NCBI GenBank assembly: GCA_964588895.1
Contig: CAZPSO010000001.1
Coordinates: forward strand, 1 to 32,791
Length of the DNA: 32,791 nt
Source: an uncultured Tessaracoccus sp.
GTDB taxonomy: Bacteria; Actinomycetota; Actinomycetes; Propionibacteriales; Propionibacteriaceae
Direction: 5' to 3'
The position numbers were made by a program, and so were the translations under genes. The notes beneath the pieces were generated by a model. That model searched no databases, was not told where the DNA came from, and saw only the letters and a list, made by a program, of their open reading frames with translations. How positions within the stretch are numbered: the stretch's first letter is position 1; every line of letters begins with the position of its first letter. This document shows, in pieces, positions 1 to 10,036 of this stretch.

Positions 1-824
1 AGGCCGATCTCAGCGGCTTCCCTTGCGCTGATCGGATTGCCGGTGGCCGCCATCAGTGTGGCATTGACCTGATACGGCTGCAGCAGCCGGATGCGTTCTG
101 CCCACACGTCCTTGGGTTCTCCCAACGACACCCACACGTCGGTGTAGACGAAATCGACACCCTGCACGCCTTGCGCCACGTCGTCGGTCACCAGAATCCT
201 CGCACCCGTGTCGCGGGCAATCTCTTCCGCTTTCTCGAGGATGGCCCCGTCGGTTTGCTGCTCCGGCGGAGCCACCAGCCGCACGTCGCAGCCCATCATG
301 GCGCCGCTGACCAGCAGCGAGTTGCCGACGTTGTTGCGCACGTCGCCCACGAAGGCGAAGGAGATCTCCTCCAGTGGTTTTTCCGCGTGTTCCAGCATGG
401 TCAACTGGTCTGCGAGCATCTGGGTGGGGTGCCAGTCGTCGGTCAGGCCGTTGTAGACGGGCACGCCGGCGTGGGCGGCGAGCGTCTCGACGGTGTCCTG
501 GGCAGCCCCCCGGAACTGGATCCCGTCGAAGATCCGACCGAGGACCCGGGCCGTGTCGGCTGCCGATTCCTTGTGCCCGATCTGGGACCCGGACGGGTCC
601 AGGTAGGTGGTGTGCCCGCCCTGCTGGCTCATCGCCACCTCGAAGGAGGTGCGGGTGCGCGTCGATGTCTTCTCGAAGATCAGGGCGACGTGCTTGCCCA
701 CCAGCCGCTGCACCTCGCGACCCTCACGGCGGGCGGCCTTCAAGTCGGCGGCCAGGTCCAGCAGGCTGCGCCATTGACCGACGGTGAGGTCGAGTTCCTT
801 GCAGAAGCTGCGCCCCTTCAGCAT
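1..824 (-). CDS. argF: Ornithine carbamoyltransferase (3' end runs off window)
   Basis: Not in the ORF track. Manual translation from ATG at 824 gives [13 protein letters not shown]...[18 protein letters not shown], with later [10 protein letters not shown] and [12 protein letters not shown], which are OTCase motifs. TGATG overlap with the upstream PTP stop. Confidence 0.95.
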   Translation of the reverse strand, partial: MLKGRSFCKELDLTVGQWRSLLDLAADLKAARREGREVQRLVGKHVALIFEKTSTRTRTSFEVAMSQQGGHTTYLDPSGSQIGHKESAADTARVLGRIFDGIQFRGAAQDTVETLAAHAGVPVYNGLTDDWHPTQMLADQLTMLEHAEKPLEEISFAFVGDVRNNVGNSLLVSGAMMGCDVRLVAPPEQQTDGAILEKAEEIARDTGARILVTDDVAQGVQGVDFVYTDVWVSLGEPKDVWAERIRLLQPYQVNATLMAATGNPISAREAAEIG

Positions 825-1282
825 CAGGCTTCCTTGACGAGCTCGTCGATGATGCCGGGCATGGCGGCCTCGATGTCGGCGAGCGTGGCGTAGAAGCCGT
901 CCTGGTCGCCATACCAGGGGTCCAGCAGCGAAGTGTCCGGGTCGAGCGCGGAGTTGAAGTCGTTGAGGAGGGCGACCTTGGCATCGGGCGCCAGCGCCTG
1001 CAGCTGGCGCACGTGGTAGGGCTCCACGCCGATGACCAGGTCGACGCCCTCCATGTCCCGCGCCCTGATCCGCCGGGCTGTGTGGTCGTCCGGGTCGTAG
1101 CCGTGCTCGTGCAGTACCCGGACGGCTCGGCGATCGATGGGATTGCCGCTCTCCTCGGCGGAGAGGCCGTAGCTCTCCACGGTGGCCGTGATGCCGCGCT
1201 CGGCGAGCATGCGTCGCGCCACGCGTTCAGCCATGGGGGACCTGCAAATGTTGCCGTGACAGACGAAAACCAGATGTGCCAT
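824..1282 (-). CDS. Low-molecular-weight protein-tyrosine phosphatase
   Basis: P-loop [13 protein letters not shown] and DPWYG motif; TAGGAT -10 element 6 nt before ATG (leaderless). Confidence 0.95.
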   Translation of the reverse strand: MAHLVFVCHGNICRSPMAERVARRMLAERGITATVESYGLSAEESGNPIDRRAVRVLHEHGYDPDDHTARRIRARDMEGVDLVIGVEPYHVRQLQALAPDAKVALLNDFNSALDPDTSLLDPWYGDQDGFYATLADIEAAMPGIIDELVKEA

Positions 1283-1360
1283 TGCCTGATCCTAGGGCGT
1301 TTGGTCCCGCATGCGCGGGGCAGGCTGCATCTTCGGACGGTTTAGTGGCAGGCTGGGGGC

Positions 1361-2050
1361 ATGCACATCCTGGTGGTGGACGATGACCAAGCCGTACGCG
1401 ACTCCTTGGCACGTTCGCTGAAGTACACCGGCGACGAGGTGACCACTGCAGCGAACGGCGTGGAGGCGCTCGCCAAGTTGTCCGGGTCCTCTTTCGACGC
1501 GGTGATCATGGACGTGATGATGCCTCGCCTGGACGGGCTCGAGGCCACCCGCATGCTGCGGGAGTCCGGCAACGACGTGCCCATCCTCATCCTGACCGCG
1601 CGCGACGCCGTCGACGACCGCGTCGATGGTTTGGACGCGGGCGCCGACGACTACATGGTCAAGCCGTTCGCGCTGGACGAACTGCTGGCCCGCCTGCGCG
1701 CTCTGACCCGCCGCTCCAAGTCGGGCTCCGACACCGCGGAACCCCGGGCCCTGCAGTTCGCCGACCTGAGCCTCGACCCCCAGCACCGGGAGGTCACCCG
1801 CGCCGGCCAGCACATCTCACTGACCCGCACCGAGTTCGCGCTGTTGCAGGTGTTCATGGAGAACCCCCGCAAGGTCATGGAACGCAACACCCTCCTCAAC
1901 GAGGTGTGGGGGTTTGAGTTCCCGGCCACCGCCAACTCGCTCGAGGTCTACATCGGCTACCTGCGCCGCAAGACCGAGGTTGGAGGTGCACCTCGCCTGA
2001 TCCACACTGTCCGGGGCGTGGGATACGTCCTGCGTGATTCTCCCCCGTGA
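1361..2050 (+). CDS. mprA: OmpR-family response regulator, MprA-like
   Basis: Receiver domain ([20 protein letters not shown]) plus wHTH with [15 protein letters not shown]...[12 protein letters not shown], typical of actinobacterial MprA. Confidence 0.88.
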   Translation: MHILVVDDDQAVRDSLARSLKYTGDEVTTAANGVEALAKLSGSSFDAVIMDVMMPRLDGLEATRMLRESGNDVPILILTARDAVDDRVDGLDAGADDYMVKPFALDELLARLRALTRRSKSGSDTAEPRALQFADLSLDPQHREVTRAGQHISLTRTEFALLQVFMENPRKVMERNTLLNEVWGFEFPATANSLEVYIGYLRRKTEVGGAPRLIHTVRGVGYVLRDSPP

Positions 2051-3462
2051 TCGGCAGTTACTGGATCCGACTGAGACGAGGCGCCGAACGACTCATCACG
2101 GGGCAGAGTCTCCAGGGTCGGCTGGCCCTGCTCACGGGCGTCAGTGTGGCGCTGGCCGTCCTGTTCGTGGGGATCACCGCCTACGTGATCACCCGCGTCT
2201 CCCTGATGGACCAGCTCGACAGGGAATTGCTGACCACGGCCAGCACCGCCGCCGACATCGTGGCGGCCAACCCGGACAATTTGAACGCCAGCGACTCCGC
2301 GCTGACGCCCACCAATCAATGGTTGGCGGTGCTGGGCGCTGACGGCGGCGTCAGGATCAGCAGCGGCGGCAGCGGCAGCACCATCTCCCCCGGCGCCGAC
2401 GAGATCGCCGTGGCCCGCGTCCAGTCCGGCACCTCGGCCCGTTCGGTGGAGTCCGACGCCGGCCGGCTCTACCGGATTGTCTCGGTGCCCTTCATGGACG
2501 CCGACGGTGGCCGGTTCGCCCTCGTGTTCGGCCGTCCCCTTGACTCCACCAACTCCACCCTCGGCTCACTGTGGATCGTGATCGTCATCAGCGGGATGGT
2601 GGGGGTGCTCGTGACCACCGTGGCCGCCCTGGTGGTGGCCCGGACGGCGCTGGCGCCCGTGCGTCGACTCTCCAACGCGGTCAAGACCGTGACGCAGACC
2701 GACCGGCTGAACCCCATCCGCATCTACGGCCGTGATGACCTGGGCGAGCTGACGCAGTCATTCAACACGATGCTGAAGTCGCTGCAGACCTCCAGGGAGC
2801 AGCAGCGTCAGCTGATCGCCGACGCCGGCCATGAACTGCGAACGCCCTTGACGTCCATGCGCACCAACGTGGAACTCCTCGTGGCAGACGACCGGTCCGG
2901 GATGCTTCCGGAGGGTGCCCGCTCGGAGATCCTGGAGGATGTCTCGGCGCAGCTGGGCGAGTTCTCGGCGCTGATCGGCGACCTCGTGGCCCTGACGCGC
3001 GACGACCACCTGCAGCGAGAACCCGAGCTGCTGGACCTGGCCGACGTGACCGAAGCCGCGCTCTCCCGAGCCCGCCGTCGCGGCACCGGCATCCACTTCG
3101 AGGTGGACCTGCAGCCCTCTCCTGTCATGGGCGACGCCTCCACACTGGAGCGGGCCATCACCAACCTGCTCGACAACGCCGTCAAGTTCTCACCCCCCTT
3201 CAGCACCATCTGGGTGACGCTCGAGGACGGGCAGCTCACCATCATCGACTCCGGTGAGGGCATCGCCGAGGATGACCTGCCCCACATCTTCGACCGCTTC
3301 TTCCGGGCCGAACGATCACGCAACACCTCGGGCACCGGTTTGGGCCTGTCCATCGTGCAGCACACCGCAGACGCGCATGGCGGCACCATCAGGGCCGGCA
3401 ACAGTCCCGACGCCGGCGCGCGTTTCATCCTGCGGGTCCCCACCGTCGACACGGTCCCCTGA
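2047..3462 (+). CDS. mprB: Sensor histidine kinase, MprB-like
   Basis: Two TM segments, HAMP, H-box [14 protein letters not shown]-box [11 protein letters not shown]-box GTGLGLSIV; GTGA overlap with the regulator. Confidence 0.88.
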   Translation: MIGSYWIRLRRGAERLITGQSLQGRLALLTGVSVALAVLFVGITAYVITRVSLMDQLDRELLTTASTAADIVAANPDNLNASDSALTPTNQWLAVLGADGGVRISSGGSGSTISPGADEIAVARVQSGTSARSVESDAGRLYRIVSVPFMDADGGRFALVFGRPLDSTNSTLGSLWIVIVISGMVGVLVTTVAALVVARTALAPVRRLSNAVKTVTQTDRLNPIRIYGRDDLGELTQSFNTMLKSLQTSREQQRQLIADAGHELRTPLTSMRTNVELLVADDRSGMLPEGARSEILEDVSAQLGEFSALIGDLVALTRDDHLQREPELLDLADVTEAALSRARRRGTGIHFEVDLQPSPVMGDASTLERAITNLLDNAVKFSPPFSTIWVTLEDGQLTIIDSGEGIAEDDLPHIFDRFFRAERSRNTSGTGLGLSIVQHTADAHGGTIRAGNSPDAGARFILRVPTVDTVP

Positions 3463-3537
3463 CGCTGCCGGGCCATGTCCGGTCCACCACGTCCGCGGCA
3501 CGTGCGCGCACCACCGCACGGACACTACGATCGCACC

Positions 3538-4239
3538 ATGAAGGTGGTTGTGGTGGGCGGATCGGGTGCCGTCGGTTCGCTGGTGGTCCCCGTGTTGGTT
3601 GATCGGTTCGACGTGGTGCTGGCCGATCTCGTGCACCCCGACTGGTGGTCAGGCGACTTCGCCGAGGTGGACGTGACCCGTCCAGCCACGCTGGATGGGG
3701 TACTCGATGCCGCCGAGGCGCTGGTCTACATGGCCATGGGACCGATGGCCGATTGGGGTTCGCCCGACTGGGCGTGGCACCACTTCGCGGTCAACGTCGG
3801 CGGCGCCTACGCGGCCTCCCAGGCCGCCGGCACGGCAGGGGTGGGGCGAATGGTCGTGGCCAGTTCCGCTTCGGTGTTCCGCCGCTTCGCCAGTCGGCCC
3901 GACGCCACCGAACCGGACGCCACCGAGCCGTACGGGCTGTCCAAGGCTTGCGGTGAGGTGGTGTTCCGTGCGGCGGCAGAGCAATTCCAGATCCCCGTGG
4001 TGGCCTTGCGGATGGTCCTCCCCCGGCCTGACGACGAGTTCCTGGCGGGGAACTTCAAAGGTGCCGACCTGGCCACTGCCGGGAGCGACACAGCAGCCGC
4101 CTACGTCGCTGCGCTGGAACGCGGCCTGGACCCGGGCTTCCACGCCGTGACCCTCAGCGGCAATCCCCATTGGGGAGCCCGGCGGCAGCAGCACGCCAGG
4201 GAGCTGCTGGGCTGGGAACCGAAGGTGCTCCGCGGCTGA
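3538..4239 (+). CDS. NAD-dependent epimerase/dehydratase family protein
   Basis: GGSGAVG Rossmann motif and YGLSK (YxxxK); TACGAT -10 element 6 nt before ATG 3538. Confidence 0.85.
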   Translation: MKVVVVGGSGAVGSLVVPVLVDRFDVVLADLVHPDWWSGDFAEVDVTRPATLDGVLDAAEALVYMAMGPMADWGSPDWAWHHFAVNVGGAYAASQAAGTAGVGRMVVASSASVFRRFASRPDATEPDATEPYGLSKACGEVVFRAAAEQFQIPVVALRMVLPRPDDEFLAGNFKGADLATAGSDTAAAYVAALERGLDPGFHAVTLSGNPHWGARRQQHARELLGWEPKVLRG

Positions 4240-4275
4240 GCGGGCGCACCGCGACGCTGGTCAAAGTTGAAGGTC

Positions 4276-4327
4276 ATGATGGAAGTGCCCGGAGCGTCGA
4301 CTTCGATGTCACACCGACTTCCATCAT
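4276..4327. terminator. Inverted repeat between convergent genes, possible bidirectional terminator
   Basis: ATGATGGAAGT (4276-4286) / ACTTCCATCAT (4317-4327), 11-bp perfect stem with 30-nt loop. Confidence 0.45.
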
Positions 4328-4341
4328 TGCCGGTCCGGCGG

Positions 4342-5316
4342 TCAGCGGAGCCGGCCCGCCCATTCGGGAGCGCGGTGGACGGAAACCGGACGCTTCACGT
4401 CCACCAGCACGGGGTGGGTCTTCCAGTACTCCACCCCGGCGAACAGCGCGACGGAATCCGAGTCGCGGTTGGCCACCGCCAGGACGTGGTCGTCGGTGGC
4501 GAGCTCGGTCGGCCACTGGCCACCGCAGGAGATCTCCGCCACACGCTCGATCCCAAGGGCCGCATGGCGAAAGACCGCCACCGAGTTGACGTCGCGGTTG
4601 GCGACCGCGACGGTTCCGCTGGGTTCGTGGCGCGTGATGTCGCCCACATGGTTGTCCATGCCTCTCATGGTGGCGGACACCGTTGAGAGTCCGTCATTGG
4701 TGACCAGGCTGACGCCGTTGTCGAGCTCCAATGTCACCCAGAGTTCCCCATTGTCGCCGGCCTCCACGTGGCGGGGGCCGGCTCCTGCGGGCAGGTCGCT
4801 GAACTCCCCCGCCAATTTCAGCTCACCGTCACGGAGTTCCACGCGGTGGATCGAATCCGTTCCGAGGTCTGTCACCAGCAGGTCCTGGCCCCAAGTCCGC
4901 ACGGCGTGGGGGTGGGACGTGTCCTGGCGTTCCTTCTTGGCTCCGAGTCGTGGCTTGTTGGGCAGGTCCAGCGTGGATGCCACCTTGTCGACCTTGCCGT
5001 CGGCCAGGTGGATGGCGGACACGCTCCCCGAACCGTAGTTGGCGCAGACCAGATGGTCGTCGTCCACCAGGTGCAGGTAACAGGGAACCTCCCCGACGCC
5101 GGTGACGGACCTCGATTTACCGGTGGCCAGGTCCAGCGTGGTGACGGTTCCGCCGTCGGAGCTGCTGGCGATGTGGACGACGGGCCGCTCCCGGTGTGCC
5201 GTCAGGAAAAGGGCGTCCGTCACGGCGACGGACCCCAAGGTGACGACGGAGTCATCGACGAGGTGGAGGATGTCGACGGCATCGTCGCGCTGGCTGGCTA
5301 CGAGAAATCCGGGCAT
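4342..5316 (-). CDS. Lactonase family beta-propeller (6-phosphogluconolactonase/YbhE-like)
   Basis: PCYL, CANYGSGSV, RQDTSHPH, TDLGTD, GAGPRH, ANRD motifs; start taken at MPGFLV (5316). Confidence 0.85.
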   Translation of the reverse strand: MPGFLVASQRDDAVDILHLVDDSVVTLGSVAVTDALFLTAHRERPVVHIASSSDGGTVTTLDLATGKSRSVTGVGEVPCYLHLVDDDHLVCANYGSGSVSAIHLADGKVDKVASTLDLPNKPRLGAKKERQDTSHPHAVRTWGQDLLVTDLGTDSIHRVELRDGELKLAGEFSDLPAGAGPRHVEAGDNGELWVTLELDNGVSLVTNDGLSTVSATMRGMDNHVGDITRHEPSGTVAVANRDVNSVAVFRHAALGIERVAEISCGGQWPTELATDDHVLAVANRDSDSVALFAGVEYWKTHPVLVDVKRPVSVHRAPEWAGRLR

Positions 5317-5436
5317 GGAGGTTGGTCCTGTTCGCGTCGGGAGCGTGCCCCTCCAGCCTATACGGGCACGGTATCTCGCCGGCCGGATCGTGGTCCCGCC
5401 AACTGGACCGTCGATCCACCCGCTGCTGTTCATTGG

Positions 5437-5514
5437 CTTTCCACAGAGTTGTCCCCAAGCGTGGATAACTACATGGTTGTAGTTACGCACATGTGGGGAG
5501 AATCCTGTGGATGG
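5437..5514. promoter_or_regulatory. DnaA-box cluster with 20-bp palindrome
   Basis: CTTTCCACA, TTGTCCCCA, rc TTATCCACG, rc CTCCCCACA, rc CCATCCACA; palindrome TAACTACA-TGGT-TGTAGTTA at 5466-5485. Confidence 0.6.
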
Positions 5515-5645
5515 TTTGTTCGGTCGCGGAGCCCCTCCCCCGAAGGCGGCGAGGAGCAGGCGAGATCTGGTGGCAGAAACGGGAGGGTGGCTACCGACGG
5601 ATGGGTTAGGGGGCCACGGCCATCCAGTAGGGCAGACTCCTCGGC

Positions 5646-6236
5646 ATGCTGATGTTTGTTTTCGGTCCGCCTGCCGTGGGGAAGATGACCGTCGGGAGGG
5701 CACTGGCGGCCAGCGGAAGGTTCCGCCTCTTCCACAACCACATGACCATCGAGCCGCTGCTGGAGACCTTCGGCTTCGGCACACCCGCGTTCAACACTCT
5801 CAACGACGAGTTCCGACGTCGCGTGCTCGAGGAGGCCGCCGCCCACGACATCGACCTGGTCTTCTCGATCGTGTGGGCCTTGGACAGCGAGGAGGACCGG
5901 CACGTCATGGAGTCCTACGTCGCCATCTTCGACGGGGACGTGGCCTTCGTCGAGCTCAGGGCAGACCTTGAGACCCGACTCTCGCGCAACCGGACAGAGG
6001 AACGACTGCTGCACAAGCCGTCGAAGCGCGATGTGGAGTGGTCCGATTCCAATGTGCAGCAGATGGAACAGCAGTGGATCATGACCTCGGAGCAGGGCAA
6101 GCACAGCGCGGACGCTCTGTTGACCCGCCACCCCCATCTGGTGCTGGACACTGCGGGGCGGACCCCCGCTGAGACGGCCTCGCACATTCTGGGATGGGTG
6201 GACGCGCTCCCCCGGTCCTCCTCCCCCCAGACCTGA
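5646..6236 (+). CDS. P-loop AAA/shikimate-kinase-like protein
   Basis: N-terminal Walker A GPPAVGKMT, FHNH motif, LRADLETRLSRN lid region. Confidence 0.8.
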   Translation: MLMFVFGPPAVGKMTVGRALAASGRFRLFHNHMTIEPLLETFGFGTPAFNTLNDEFRRRVLEEAAAHDIDLVFSIVWALDSEEDRHVMESYVAIFDGDVAFVELRADLETRLSRNRTEERLLHKPSKRDVEWSDSNVQQMEQQWIMTSEQGKHSADALLTRHPHLVLDTAGRTPAETASHILGWVDALPRSSSPQT

Positions 6237-6293
6237 CCTATCCGGGGGGAAAAGCGCTTGCGCGTGGCCTGTTGGGTGCGGTGCACTGGGCGA

Positions 6294-7229
6294 ATGAATG
6301 CTTCGTGGGATGCAATCGTGGTGGGGGCCGGCCCGGCGGGGCTGTCCGCAGCGCTGATGCTGGGCAGGGCGCGTCGCCGGGTCCTCGTGATCGACGCCGG
6401 CCGCCCGCGAAACCGGTTCGCCGCACACATGCACGGCGTCCTGGGCAACGAAGGCGCCGTCCCGGGCGATCTGACGCGGCGGGGACGGGAGGAGGCAGAG
6501 CGGTACGGGGTGGAGTTCGTCGAGGATGACGTGGAGACGGTGGAATCCTCCGACGACGGCCTCACCACCGTGACCGGCGATGGGATCCACCGGTCCCGGG
6601 CCCTGGTGGTGGCCACCGGCATCACCGATGAACTGCCCGACATCCCGGGCCTCGAAGAGCACTGGGGCAAGTCGGTGCTGCACTGCCCCTACTGCCATGG
6701 GTGGGAAGTGGCCGACCAACGACTGGGGGTTCTGGCAACCTCACCGGGCGCGCTGCACCAGGTGCAACTACTGCGGCAGTGGAGTGACCACGTCGCGTTC
6801 TTCTCCGCTGATCTGGGTTCCCTGGAACCCGACACCCAGCGACGGCTACAGAGCCGGGGCATCCAACTGGTCACCTCCCGCGTGGTGGGGATCCTCGGTG
6901 ACGGCGACGCCGTCAGCGGCGTCCGCACCGAGGATGGGGAGATCACCGAGGTGGACGCCATCTTCACCGCCGGTGTCCCCCGCCCTCATGATGACTTCCT
7001 GGCCGGGTTGGACCTGAAACGCGAGGACCTCCCGTTCGACGAGGGCTCCTTCATCGCCGTCGGACCCGACGGTCAGACCAGCCACGACCGGATCTGGGCG
7101 ATCGGCAACGTCGTCAACCCGTCCGCGAACGTGCCCATGTCCATCGGTGCCGGCTCATTCGCCGGGGGGGCTGTCAACGGCTTTCTGGTGGAAGAGGATT
7201 TCGACCGGGCACAGGCCAGCGCCACATGA
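6294..7229 (+). CDS. NAD(P)/FAD-dependent oxidoreductase, thioredoxin-reductase-like
   Basis: GAGPAGLSAA FAD motif, VATG, HCPYCHGWE redox CxxC, WAIGN. Confidence 0.9.
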   Translation: MNASWDAIVVGAGPAGLSAALMLGRARRRVLVIDAGRPRNRFAAHMHGVLGNEGAVPGDLTRRGREEAERYGVEFVEDDVETVESSDDGLTTVTGDGIHRSRALVVATGITDELPDIPGLEEHWGKSVLHCPYCHGWEVADQRLGVLATSPGALHQVQLLRQWSDHVAFFSADLGSLEPDTQRRLQSRGIQLVTSRVVGILGDGDAVSGVRTEDGEITEVDAIFTAGVPRPHDDFLAGLDLKREDLPFDEGSFIAVGPDGQTSHDRIWAIGNVVNPSANVPMSIGAGSFAGGAVNGFLVEEDFDRAQASAT

Positions 7230-8011
7230 CCCCGCCCTCCGAGATGTCCCGGCTAGCACAGTCCAAGGAGGCCATCGTCCACAGGCTCTCGAGGCTCCCG
7301 GACAAGACCAGGGCCGCCGTCATCCTGATGGTGGCCCTGGGCGCGGCACTGGGGCTGGTCATCGCCCTGGCCGAAGTGTTCGGGGAGATCATCGAGTCGG
7401 TGGCCGACAACGATGGCATCGCAGTCTGGGACCGTCCCGTCCTGGACTGGGCGATCGACGCCAGGACCCCGGGCCTGACCGCATTCGTGGCGTGGTACTC
7501 CAACACCGGAGGCCCCATCTGGCAACCCATCGTCACGGGGGTCATCGTGGTGATTCTCTGCTGGCGGTGGCGCGACGTCACCCCACTGGTCCTCATGGTG
7601 GCGGCCACGGCAGGTTCGCTTCTGGTCACGGTGGTGGGTAAACGCCATATCGGCAGGGCACGGCCTCCCATGGAAGACGCCGTCCCGCCCTTCGAGACCT
7701 CCATGAGTTATCCCAGCGGGCACAGCCTCAACGCCATCGTGATCGCCGGCATCCTGGCCTACCTCCTGATTCGGCACTTCTGGGACCAGGCCCGATGGAT
7801 CAAGTGGCTGATCGTCGGCATTCTCACCGTCTACGCCCTCTCGATGGGGCTGTCTCGCGTGTTTCTGGGTCACCACTGGCTGACTGACGTCGTGGGCGCC
7901 TGGGCTATCGGACTGGCCTGGCTCACCGTCGTCATCACCTGCCACCGGCTTTGGCGAACGGTGCGCAAACGAAGGGAAGCTGGCCCGGTGGAGGAAGGAA
8001 GCCAGGACTGA
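7226..8011 (+). CDS. PAP2-family membrane phosphatase
   Basis: K..IGRARP, SYPSGH and SRVFLGHHWLTDV motifs; ATGA overlap with the upstream gene. Confidence 0.92.
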   Translation: MTPPSEMSRLAQSKEAIVHRLSRLPDKTRAAVILMVALGAALGLVIALAEVFGEIIESVADNDGIAVWDRPVLDWAIDARTPGLTAFVAWYSNTGGPIWQPIVTGVIVVILCWRWRDVTPLVLMVAATAGSLLVTVVGKRHIGRARPPMEDAVPPFETSMSYPSGHSLNAIVIAGILAYLLIRHFWDQARWIKWLIVGILTVYALSMGLSRVFLGHHWLTDVVGAWAIGLAWLTVVITCHRLWRTVRKRREAGPVEEGSQD

Positions 8012-8048
8012 CCTGGCCCCAACCGGACCACTGTGTACCGCCGCCCCA

Positions 8049-8360
8049 TCAAGCTGCGGCGGCCGAGTACATCCCTCCACCTTGGAGAAGTCCTCGCGCC
8101 AGGGCTGTGAGCTCCCACGGGCGGGCACCCGGCGCCACGATGGACCTCCCCAGGCCGCTGACGTCCCAGGTGCCGTCGGGGGTGGTGGTGGACTTCTCGA
8201 CCACGATCTCGCCGCGCGGGGTGGGGAAAGACAGGCGCGGACGATGGGGGTCCACGACGATGAGCCGCTCGAGGTCCGGGCGGAACTCGACCAGAAGCGA
8301 CTTGACGGAGTAGATCAGCAGGAGGTCTGCGATTCCGGTGTCTGCGGTCATTTTGCTCAT
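8049..8360 (-). CDS. Hypothetical small protein (103 aa)
   Basis: Fills the gap between genes with protein-like composition; CAGGCT -10 element 6 nt before ATG 8360, as at other leaderless genes here. Confidence 0.55.
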   Translation of the reverse strand: MSKMTADTGIADLLLIYSVKSLLVEFRPDLERLIVVDPHRPRLSFPTPRGEIVVEKSTTTPDGTWDVSGLGRSIVAPGARPWELTALARGLLQGGGMYSAAAA

Positions 8361-8413
8361 GGACACAGCCTGCCGTGAGCCACTGACAATTTTCGCTCAC
8401 CCGTTCTCCGGGA

Positions 8414-8659
8414 TCATGACTGACGTTGGGCTGACGGGCGTGGAGCAACCGTGAACAGGTCCCCGGGCTGGCATTCGAGAGCGTCGCAGATGGCGGTCAG
8501 CGTGGCGTAGCGGACGGCCTTGGCGCGGTTGTTCTTGAGGACGGACAGGTTGACGACGGTGACACCGACCGCCTCGGCGAGTGCGGTCAGCGTCATGTGC
8601 CGCTCCTCGAGCAACCGGTCCAGGTGGCACACCACACGATGGGACTCGTCGACCGCCAT
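8414..8659 (-). CDS. Cro/C1-type HTH regulator (YozG-like)
   Basis: LAEAVGVTVVNLSVLKNNRAKAVRYATLTAICDALECQPGDL; overlaps the DUF2975 stop. Confidence 0.92.
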   Translation of the reverse strand: MAVDESHRVVCHLDRLLEERHMTLTALAEAVGVTVVNLSVLKNNRAKAVRYATLTAICDALECQPGDLFTVAPRPSAQRQS

Positions 8660-9255
8660 CACACCAGGCCCTCCACATCTTCCTCCAGCGTGATTCCGCG
8701 CCCGAAGACCTCGGCGATGCAGATCAGGACCACGCCCAGACCCATCAGCGCCATCGTCTGGTAGCCCAGCATGAAGGTCCATCGATGTCCGTTCTCGAAC
8801 GCCAGGCCGAGGACGTGGGCATTGAGCAGACCCTGCAGAACACTGCCGAGAACCGGAGCGAACAGCAGGATCGCACCCATGCCCCGGAGGCGCCTGACGT
8901 TGGCCCGGACGAACGGACTGCCGTGCTCCACCGAGCGCATGAACCGCCACAGGAGCACCAGTCCGGTGAACACCGCGGCGGTGAACAGTAGCCCGAGACC
9001 GATCTGGCCGAGCCAGGCGCTGGCGGGGGCGTCGGTGATCTTCAGCTGCACCACGTCGGAGGCGGCACTCACGCCGTCGGCCGTTCCGCCCAGTCGTTCG
9101 GGTTCGCCGAGGACCGCCCAGATTGACATGGGCACCCCGCGGGCCCAGTCGGCGAGGGGGAGGATCACTGCGAACGCGGCCACCACAATGCCGGCGAGCA
9201 CGATCGCGAGGTAGCTCCACTGGTAGTCCTGCTTGTCGAACTTCAGGTTCTTCAT
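8659..9255 (-). CDS. DUF2975-family membrane protein
   Basis: Four TM segments, GSPFVRANVRRLR, C-terminal AEVFGRGITLEEDVEGLV; AAGGAG RBS before ATG 9255; usual partner of a YozG-like HTH. Confidence 0.88.
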   Translation of the reverse strand: MKNLKFDKQDYQWSYLAIVLAGIVVAAFAVILPLADWARGVPMSIWAVLGEPERLGGTADGVSAASDVVQLKITDAPASAWLGQIGLGLLFTAAVFTGLVLLWRFMRSVEHGSPFVRANVRRLRGMGAILLFAPVLGSVLQGLLNAHVLGLAFENGHRWTFMLGYQTMALMGLGVVLICIAEVFGRGITLEEDVEGLV

Positions 9256-9281
9256 AGCTTCTCCTTGGGTCAACTCCCTGA

Positions 9282-9331
9282 TATCGAGAAACGATACCAT
9301 CGAGATTCGATGTATACAACGACTTTCGATA
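9282..9331. promoter_or_regulatory. Three tandem ATCG-N5-CGAT palindromes, probable operator of the DUF2975-HTH operon
   Basis: TATCG-AGAAA-CGATA (9282-9296), CATCG-AGATT-CGATG (9298-9312), CAACG-ACTTT-CGATA (9317-9331) in an AT-rich promoter. Confidence 0.7.
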
Positions 9332-9434
9332 TGGTTTTCCGGAGAGGCGCGTCCGCACAACTGGATTCACCGAAAGCTGGCCCGGAGGCCTGCTTCCATG
9401 GAGAGGATCCAGGAACCGGCGAAGGAACCGAGAC

Positions 9435-9962
9435 GTGAGCACCAGCGATGAGAAGGACCCCTACGAACTCCTGCGCGAAGCCGTCCGCACCGCGCGGCTC
9501 AACGCGGGTCGGGCCAGCGGTGACCACCGGGATTTCGTCCGTCTGGTGATGCGCTACACCAGCACAGTCGGCGCCCTGCTGGGGGTTGGGCTGCTGCTGC
9601 TGCCCGTGGAGCCGGAGTTGGACCAGGGCGCCTGGCTGGTGAGTGCTGCCTTCCAGGCACTGGGTGACGGAGGCGCCGACTCCCTCGCCGGCTTGGCGTT
9701 CCTCGTGATGGTGATCTCGCTGGCCATCAGCATCGTTACCACCTTGTCGCTGGGATGGGGCGACGAATCCCAGCGCGTCGGATTCATCTCGCGCACGGCC
9801 CCCATCGTGTTCGCGGTCTGCGCGGGCGGTCTGAGCCTTCTCCTCCTCGGCCTGTACGCAACCGGTGAAGGGGGGTCGTGGATGGCGCCAGCCTCACTGA
9901 TGGCGGCGGCGTTGATGTTGTTCACCATGTCCTGCGCCCGCCAACTCGAAGCGTCATCCTGA
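9435..9962 (+). CDS. Hypothetical membrane protein
   Basis: About four hydrophobic segments; GAAGGA upstream of GTG. Confidence 0.65.
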   Translation: MSTSDEKDPYELLREAVRTARLNAGRASGDHRDFVRLVMRYTSTVGALLGVGLLLLPVEPELDQGAWLVSAAFQALGDGGADSLAGLAFLVMVISLAISIVTTLSLGWGDESQRVGFISRTAPIVFAVCAGGLSLLLLGLYATGEGGSWMAPASLMAAALMLFTMSCARQLEASS

Positions 9963-10036
9963 CTCCTTGCTCCCGTCGGCCACTGTCGGGACCCCGTAGG
10001 GTGGAAAGGCAACGAAGAACCCACTGAGAGGACAGC

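Noticed and set aside
171-893. 240-aa plus-strand ORF
   Set aside because: Antisense shadow of argF.
5466-5485. NrdR box
   Set aside because: Only a partial match to acaCwAtATaTwGtgt, and no ribonucleotide reductase gene is adjacent.
5437-5514. oriC
   Set aside because: No dnaA, dnaN or rpmH nearby, too few boxes and no AT-rich unwinding element.
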